Assembly: GCA_020536535.1 (NCBI GenBank)
Contig: JAHLWZ010000140.1
Coordinates: 1 to 58,095 of the forward strand
Length of the DNA: 58,095 nt
Direction: 5' to 3'
Source of the DNA: Pelomyxa schiedti
Taxonomy: Eukaryota; Protista; Evosea
Under the pieces are notes generated by a model, which did no database searches, had not been told where the DNA came from, and worked only from the letters and a program-made list of their open reading frames with translations. Both the position numbers and the translations under genes were made by a program. Shown one piece after another: positions 50,387 to 58,095 of this stretch. How positions within the stretch are numbered: position 1 is the first letter of the stretch; the number at the start of each line of letters is the position of its first letter.

Positions 50387-51493
50387 GTGTTTCTGCCAGC
50401 CAGAAATCACCAACTGGCAATTTATGATTCTTGTCTGACAGACACAGCACTTACAACGCACGTAGAATCCGGCATATGGTCACTTGAAAATGTCAGAAGC
50501 CTTACATACTTTGTTCACCAGGGCACCACGAACTGCAACACAGCCGCGTTCTCGCAAGCATGTAGAAAGTGGGAAGCTGTGTGCGGAGTGGTGTTCAAGC
50601 CTATGGCTACAATGCAGGAAGCTATATTCGATGTGCGGGATGCCTCCCTGCTTGAGGAAACAGAAAGTAACAACGCAGTATTCGCCTCGTCGTTTTTTCG
50701 GAGCAGACCACTCGCGCACTGTAGTGTGTTACAACAAAATTAAGACCGTTCCGGAACTTCTTGCTGTTCCTATTTTCACGCATGAACTTGGGCACATATT
50801 AGGCTGGCACCACGAGCACATTCGCGACCCTAATCCTGCTACAACAAGGGGAGAGGCACGCACGGCAAAACATGTTGACCTCACTCCATATGACAGAGAC
50901 TCTATAATGCACTACGGCAAAGTGCTCGGAGATATCGCCAGACTGAGCTCAGTGCTTACGACGCTCAAGGCGCCAGGGACGTCTACGGCCCCCCGATTCG
51001 CTTCGCCAAGAGAACGATGTCAATAGCCGATGCGAAGTCGCTGTGGGCCAGAGACCCCAACGTCGATCGTGTGGAGGTGCAGCCGTGCCCGTGTGAATGG
51101 AGGCGGGAGGGCGGTGAGCCACACCCATGCGCCCTCAAGGCAACGACGTCCGCGCCCACAGTGCTCCACACGCGTGCGGAGCTGTCCGAGGTTGCCGAAA
51201 CGTGCTCAGTCATGCCGGTGTTCCGAACGGGCACACCGTGCCCAAAGACGGGGTGCGGCGATGGCGGCACGCAGGGGGGATGGTGCACGAACACCATGCC
51301 CGATGGCACGTACCACTGCCTGCATTGCTGGTGCCACCGCAAGCCATTTCATGGTGGCCCCTTGGTGCCTTGCAACACCACAGTGCACCAGTGTGTTGTA
51401 TGGCTAACCAACAGCACAAATCAAAGTGCTAAAGAAGAGTTTAGAAAGGCGGATAGAAATCGAACGAGAAGGAGTGCGGTGTGTGAGTTCTAA
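50387..51493 (+). CDS. Astacin/metzincin-like zinc metalloprotease with Cys-rich C-terminal domain, interrupted by two frameshifts
   Basis: HELGHILGWHHEH (50781-50819), Met-turn YDRDSIMHY, upstream ACRKWEAVCGVVF and FASSFF, and downstream ELSAYDAQGARDVYG. The N- and C-terminal segments share one frame and the catalytic segment is in another. The start codon is uncertain. Confidence 0.8.
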
Positions 51494-51507
51494 TCCTATT
51501 CCCGCAT

Positions 51508-51907
51508 CAAAGCTGCGCGAATACAGAATAGGCCAGGATGGTATTCGAAAAACGAATATTCGGCCAAAAAAACGGTATTCGAGGTGTTCTCCAACTTGTG
51601 CGGCCTCAGACTAGGCTGGCCGGTCCTCATTATTGATTGTTATGCGAAGGGTTTTTTTTTTGTGGCCTCTTAGACTGTCGCAAATCCGGCAAAAAGGGAC
51701 ACGTACATCTTACGTTACCGGGGCACGCAAGGTACAAACACTTTATGTAGGCAACTATTAATTGTATCTACCCCCACCAATAGTGTGGGCAGACACTTTC
51801 CCACGTACAACAACAAAAGAACCGAATACCAAATAGTAACAGGCATTCGACGAATAGTCAAAAAAAATCGAATTTATTCGAAGTACGAATATTCGTCCGC
51901 ACCTTTG
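51508..51907. mobile_element. Candidate non-autonomous DNA transposon (hAT-like MITE), 400 bp
   Basis: Imperfect terminal inverted repeats CAAAGCTGCG--CGAATA / CAAAGGTGCGGACGAATA. Clusters of CGAATA/TATTCG motifs near both ends, including palindromic CGAATATTCG at 51553 and 51886. No target-site duplication found. Confidence 0.5.
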
Positions 51908-52021
51908 ACGTTTAGGTTCAAACAAGTTGGTTTGCCAACCAAGTCCACAAAACAACGAAATAAAAGCAACCTACTTGTTGGGGGGAACAAAACAAAAAAA
52001 AGGCAAGACCCTACTTACAAC

Positions 52022-52306
52022 ATGGGCAAGATTCCCCCGGCCGAACAAAAAAATATGGTTAAATATTTAAACTCGTCTTCTGGGATTACAAGTAATAACA
52101 CCATAGAACACAAACACAGGTACGGGCACAGGCACGGGCACCGGCACCGGCACAGGCACAGGCACAAATCAAAGTGTTGCAGAACGAATCAGTGAGCTTC
52201 ATGCAAGGGTAACGTTGTTGTTTGTATCACAATTCCAAATTACTAACAATACCACAGAATAAAGCAACAGGCACACCGCAAAGCACAAGCACAAGCACAA
52301 GCACAA

Positions 52307-52383
<77 letters not shown>

Positions 52384-54388
52384 AGGCCTACCACTAGCGC
52401 AAGCACCAGTAACAGAACCGAGCCAAGACCACTGCCCTGTCCCCCCACGCCTTCTTCGGTACCAGTGAAGGGCCCCCAGGGACCTCCCCGTGGTGCAACT
52501 GTCCCCCAAAAGGACAGAAACAGCCGTGCCTTCCTACGAACTGAGTTGGAGAACATGCTGAAGCAAGCAAAACTATCACCAGCACCACCAACAACGCCAC
52601 CGTCACCAGCACCACCAACAACGCCACCAGCGCCAAGAACAGCTCCACTGTCAATACCAACAGCAACGGAAATAGCATCATCCAATGCAACAGCAACGTC
52701 GGTAACAGCAAAATCCTCTGCAATGCAAGAGAACCAACGCCAGCAAAGACCAGAAAACTCTGAGACAAAACGCTCCCAGAGAGAACCTCAGTCATTGTTG
52801 GCCGCGTTCTGTGCGTTACTTGTATCGGAGTCAGATTCGGATACAGACTCAGACTCAGACTCAGACACGGACGAGGAAAGCGACGATGGTGTGTATTTGT
52901 GTATTCGTTTCCTTGCATTTTTTCCCCTGCAGTTTACAAAGCCAAGGTGACTGCCCACGAAAAAGGAAGCTCCAACTTCAGGAGGTTCAGCTCAAGAAGC
53001 TTTCACAGCAGATCATGCTTGGTAAGTCGAAAGTAATATTAGAAGCTATTGACATGTCAAAAGAGGATGAACGAAAAAGGGCTCTCATCAATCAGAATAC
53101 AATACTGAAGGGAAAAATTAGACAAGATCTACTTTGTGCTATCAACAACGGAGAACTTGGAGTCGTAACACAACTGGGGCTGGCAATGTCAGCAGCGTAC
53201 TGTATTCGTATGGGAAGAAATGAAAGTGTTCACCGTGTACGTGTTTTACCCGGTATACATGCGGAAGCAAGTGAAGTGGCTCTGAAAATGATGTTTAACT
53301 ACAGTAATGTCATAACAACAACATGTTACTGTGAGCACAGATTTCTAAAGATCTATCCACATTGGTGCTTTCCCACTCTCTACAATGCTTTCCTCGGAAG
53401 AACGCTGTTGTCTCTTATTCCTCCGGAAAATCGCTCCTATTACAGGATCGTTGATGCGTACTCCAAATGGGTGGAAGGCAGCACCAATCCTAGTGCAACG
53501 GAGCTATTTGACAGCACCTATTACTTCATCATGGAGCTTGGTATCAGCAAACTTGAGGAAATCTTGGATGAAAAATTTGGGCGACATGGAACCACCCGAA
53601 AGGTGTCGAATCCGCTCAGGTCCGAAGATGGGACTGCTCACGGTATGCGGATTCTTGCATTCTGCTGCCTTTGTGCATGTTCCCACATGAACACCCATGG
53701 TTGGTTCCACAATGACATCAAGCTGTCCAATATACTCCTCGTTCAGAGGACAAGAACAACCATCATCTCCCACGCACTGAGGGGTGACATCTGGGTCTTC
53801 AGTGACTTGGGCACATCCATCGAGTGCCCCACTGGTGAGTTCATCTGCGAGACTGGTGCCAGTTTTGCAGGAAACGGAATTAATAGGTCCCCAGAAGTGT
53901 CTCAATCACACCCACACTCTCGTGATCAACAAAGGATTCCTCTGGCAAAGAATGATGTGTGGGGAGTGGGCTGTGTTCTGTACGAAGTTATAGCAGGCAT
54001 ACACCCCTACTACCGGTGTAACGAGGTTGACTGCAACACTTTCCTTGCATCCAGCGTTCCATTCCTGATTCCTGACGAGTTCCGTGGCAGCACTCCAATC
54101 TCAGCTCTTGTACCCTACTTGTTGGAGAGAGACCCCAACATCAGGCCAACAGCAGCACAGGCCCTTCTCGTCTGTGGTGCCATCATGTTCCTTCCACCAC
54201 CACACAACACGTTCCTCTTCTCTGAGGACCCACATCACATCGTGGATGCCATCCACTTCTTTGGACAAACAGACATCAAGGGAACTGTGGAATCCATGTT
54301 GATCAAAGTGCTTCACAACAACCTCATTTCCCTTGAGCCCAAATCATCATCACCATCATCATCGTCAGCAAGCAGGAGGTGCCAACAA

Positions 54389-54429
<41 letters not shown>

Positions 54430-54813
54430 GCAACAACAAGAGGTGGTGCCCACCGTGGAACAGGTGTGTTCTCTTGTGTTCACAAACGAGGCTCTCTCTG
54501 ACATTGACGAGTTCTGCTCTGTGTTGCTTGCGTTTTGCAAACNNNNNNNNNNNNNNNNNNNNNNNNNNNNNNNNNNNNNNNNNNNNNNNNNNNNNNNNNN
54601 NNNNNNNNNNNNNNNNNNNNNNNNNNNNNNNNNNNNNNNNNNCAGCAACAGCAACAACAAGAGGTGGTGCCCACCGTGGAACAGGTGTGTTCTCTTGTGT
54701 TCACAAACGAGGCTCTCTCTGACATTGACGAGTTCTGCTCTGTGTTGCTTGCGTTTTGCAAACGCAGGGCCTGTTATTACAATGTTAAGCTGGAACTCAA
54801 CAGTTTGCTGTGA
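52022..54813 (+). CDS. Atypical Ser/Thr protein kinase with Thr-Gly repeat N-terminus and polyQ tail
   Basis: Three short 5' introns, then one long exon with VALK, FHNDIKLSNILL, FSDLG, RSPEV, KNDVWGVGCVLYE and DPNIRPTAAQAL. The C-terminus (…KLELNSLL, stop 54813) is read across the duplicated gap flank. Confidence 0.88.
52282..52383 (+). repeat. Coding hexamer microsatellite (AGCACA)5(GGCACA)12 encoding Ser-Thr/Gly-Thr
   Basis: Direct reading of the sequence; lies in the kinase N-terminal exon. Confidence 0.9.
54543..54642. other. 100-N scaffold gap with a duplicated 121-bp flank
   Basis: 54422-54542 is identical to 54643-54763, and the duplicated segment begins in a CAG/CAA repeat. Confidence 0.95.
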
Positions 54814-55188
54814 GAAGATATCTCTTGCAGGAATAATATGTGAGAACCCCTTGCTGAAAGAAGGAAACCTGTTGTTTTTTTTAAATGTTTCTTTCGAGTT
54901 GGTAACTGGCCTTTCCATTTTTTTACCTGAATTTGGGACTTTGTTCAGATGACAATTTCTCTGGATAAGGAGGCCAGGACACGGCACCATTAGGCTTGTG
55001 CCTTGACCTCCAGGGTTTTCCGATCACGTGGTCTGGCGATAGATGAGCAGTACTCAGAGCAGCAGCGCACTGGGTGGTCCACAGAGCAGCCTGCTCGCCT
55101 TCCAGGAGCGCACTGCTGGAGCATAATGTGGTGCCGGAAGCTGTTGTTAAGCACTGGTGGAAGGGGAACCGGGTTACCCCGGGCAAGT

Positions 55189-56068
55189 TCACAGGGGGCC
55201 ATGTAGATGTCCCAGGGAGCTGCACGGAACTCTGTGATATATGATGGCAATTGAGGCAGGCAAGGACCCACACCTCGCTTTGCTCAGCGGTGTGGAACTT
55301 TGCACTCGAGCAGAAGAGCTGGCCATTGAGTATCTGTAGGCACTCGAACCATGAGGACACCCATGTATGTATGCTACATACTCCTGGAAGCTGCACCTCA
55401 TTGCGGAGCGTAAGCAGGAAGAGGTCGAGGTGGTGGATGCTGAGTAGCACGGCGCTCCAGCAAGAACGTAGGCAAAGTTCATAGCGGAGTTAATCGGACG
55501 AAAGTACATTGTCACATCAACATGCAATTCTTGCACGGCATAGTTAGTCTGTGCCTGCCCGAGGTCGATGAAGCCAAGGAGTTTGATGGAGAAAGAAGTG
55601 TCAGCTTGGAGCTGGTAAAAGAATTCTTTGTCACTGATGTTTGAGATGGTGAACTTGATGAGTGGGGCCTTGGAGAGGAGAGCTGCCTTCATGTGACATA
55701 GGCTCTGAACAGTATCTGCAGAGATGGAATCTTGCAGAGGGAAGCCAGTTACGTACTTATTTTGCTTTGCTACAGCTTCTTGCAATACGGAGGCATCAAA
55801 CCACCTTTGCGTTCTGAATGGTGATACTGATCTTGTTTCCGCCCTTTTCATCTGTCAGAGATGCAATTATCTCCACAGGTGTTGGGCCGCCAACACAGAG
55901 CCCACCGTTCTGGGCAGATGGGGACGAAATGTTGTTATTGATGTCTTTCTTTAGGGCATTGGCTCCTGCTTGTACTTGGTTGAGATTCTTACTTATTGCA
56001 CATTCATCTTCATATAAGGCGTAGGCTCTGCGTATTTGTATCGTGAGACAAAGGGCAAAAAGTAACAA
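55189..56068 (-). pseudogene. Hypothetical protein-coding segment with frame breaks
   Basis: Two overlapping protein-like minus-strand ORFs (55796-56068 and 55189-55851) in different frames, with further frame switches downstream. No motif recognised. Confidence 0.3.
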
Positions 56069-56229
56069 TAGAAGTTTACTTGAAACTCAGATGACGGAAC
56101 TGTCAAAGGGTCATTGTGAAATGTCGTTAATATTTGGGCATCTATGTAGGATATCTTTGACGCAAAGGGTGCCCAACGTAATCGTTCCAAAGTATATTTC
56201 CCAGGCAGTAATGACCTAACCAATAATAC

Positions 56230-57700
56230 TTTGGTATCTTGCGAGAGCGAGGTTCAGCTGGTTGGTGTCGGCGCTGGAGAAATGGAAAAAAGTATTGTCC
56301 CGGATCCTGCTGTACAAGGCGCTGAAGCTTTTGGGCTGCACAACAAGAATGTCTTCTTTATAAATGGTGGAGGTGCTCTTTGGTCCACAAGGCCACATCA
56401 CACTTGTCAGCAACACTCCCAGGGAAGTGTTTCACAAATCCTTCAACAACCTAACGTGTGATGTAAGGATTGTGTAATTAGTCACAAGATAAATAACCGC
56501 ATTTCTGGTGGTGTTTGTTTAGTGTCGCCAATAAGGAAGTCCCTCAGCACTCTTCCTGATTCTTACTCTGTTGTGAATAAGGGTTGCATTTTCGAAAATT
56601 TGAAGTGAGAAATACGTTTGGGGGCATTGGTTGCATCCTTGGAAAGTTGGTCCAGCAAAGGGAGCATACCTGAAGGAGAATGAGAATTGTGCAGATGGGG
56701 AACCAACAGCAGATTCAACCTGCCCCCAGCAAACGAGTCAGAAAGCCTTTCAAGCTGGACGTGATGAAGCCAGCAATAAGAAGAGAAACCTCATAAAATG
56801 AGAATCCATGACACTGTGACTGAGAGTCATACCAGAATTCAGGATTTCCAGCCAGAAACCAGGAAAGAAAGTCTAGTAATGTCAAGCAGATCGGATCAAC
56901 AGCATGGTATTACCTACAGTGGCAAATACAGTACAGTACACCTTGAGTAGAATGAGAAGTGGGAAGAACATTATGTGTGTAATACCGCATGGAGATGGCT
57001 CTTTGTCTTCCAAGATTCCATTCGTTCTAATAATCAGGATCATCAGTGATGGGATGTATTGTAATCGAGCCAAGGAAATCCTGTCATGCACTTATTAATT
57101 ATAGCTGTATGATGGAAACAACGCGTACTTGGGGCTACCATCAACAATTATTTCAGAGCGGAAAGCCATTTGGACACTGCCTATTCAAACAAGAAATGGA
57201 TGGTCCCAGTGGTGATTGGCTATGGAGAGGGTGAGCTGGAGATCCAAAATGGCACCTAGTCCAGAGAATGTCAATCGGAATTCATCTTATTGTGCCCCAC
57301 TGGAAGGACCTAGATGCAGAACTAATGCAGGAGTTGGAGGAAAAGTACATTGTTGCTGGAAGTATGAGAGCGAGAATTGGGATAAAAACACATCACATAC
57401 ATTCAACAACGGGGATACTGCCCAGTCCAAACTACAGAGCTGATCTGGATCTGCAGCGAGCAGGTTAGACACAAGCCGACATGGAGTAGTCCAGTCCTAG
57501 CAGAGCTGAAAGTTTGCAAACAAGGCCAATAAGCATAAATCAGTGCTCGCTGGTATTAGCAGCACTATCCTCTTTCGTGGCAAGGTAGCAGTACTAGGTA
57601 TGGGTCACAGGACACTGCATATGGGCTCGCTAGTGCACCCATGAGATGTTGCATTCAGAGTTCTGCTTCTCAATGGAATAAGAGAGAACTCCAGTGGAGG
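56230..57700 (+). mobile_element. Decayed Ty3/gypsy pol fragment (RNase H-like, integrase zinc finger, core and C-terminal region)
   Basis: In canonical order across frameshifts: LVSALEKWKKVL..YKALKLL (56262-), HDTVTESH (56807), KWEEH..WLFVFQD, LGLPSTIISER (57129), YCAPLEGPRCRTN (57288), NWDK (57375), HSTTG..P (57400) and VAFRVLL (57648). Confidence 0.55.
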
Positions 57701-58095
57701 AAAAGACAGTATCTACCTGGGGGATTCGAAACAGCCTGCAGTAGAAGCACTAAGTGCACAGAAAGGGACCTGCTTTGAGCCTACAACGCTGGGAGTGGAG
57801 CGGGTCTACTGAGTACATCTACTACAGCAATAAGAACGTGAAACATTATGGAGGATTACCTAAGTTCTGGCAGAGGCCTGTGATATACACCTACGTCGAT
57901 GGAACTGACCAAAGGCATCAGAAGTGACCTATAATCCCCACATTCCTGCGAATATGCATAAATTACATCCAGCAGTGTCACTATAACAGTCCCTGACTGC
58001 AACCACAACACCACAGCTGCAACAACCGCAACCGCAACCACAATCACAATCACAATCGCAACTGCGGCTGCGCTACACACAGATACAACATTCTG

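Noticed and set aside
52199-52918. Minus-strand ORFs with CL, CA and VP dipeptide repeats
   Set aside because: Antisense readings of the hexamer microsatellite in the kinase.
55724-55954. TEAS motif as the retroelement RNase H TDAS
   Set aside because: Too far from the ALEKW motif, and it lies antisense to a longer open frame.
57856-58080. Hydrophobic signal-peptide-like ORF at the right edge
   Set aside because: The hydrophobic run derives from CAACCG/CAATCA hexamer repeats; the context is truncated by the window.

Overview
Eukaryotic protist genomic DNA with many short spliceosomal introns (about 35-70 nt, almost all GT-AG), standard genetic code and Ser/Thr/Gln-rich low-complexity protein inserts. 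The style suggests an archamoeba such as Pelomyxa; this is inference, not a database result. A gene-dense conserved core (about 6.3-43.2 kb) holds an ankyrin-TBC Rab-GAP, an NT-C2/coiled-coil/DIL protein, a small 4-TM protein, a complete DNAH1-type axonemal dynein heavy chain (+) and CNOT1 (-), the last two converging with 79 bp between their stops. A spliced OB-fold protein gene lies at 1.3-3.4 kb. The flanks are accessory or decayed: pseudogene-like stretches, a 1-kb higher-order AAACTGT satellite with an internal inversion, a candidate structured ncRNA of about 250 nt, a degenerate TKL kinase, an astacin/metzincin gene split by two mutually compensating frameshifts, a candidate hAT-type MITE, an atypical kinase crossing an assembly gap, and Ty3/gypsy pol relics. 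The best leads are the frameshifted astacin (both breaks can be bridged by GT-AG excisions), the candidate ncRNA, the satellite and a U12-like intron in the dynein. Gene models were spliced by hand and no searches were run.
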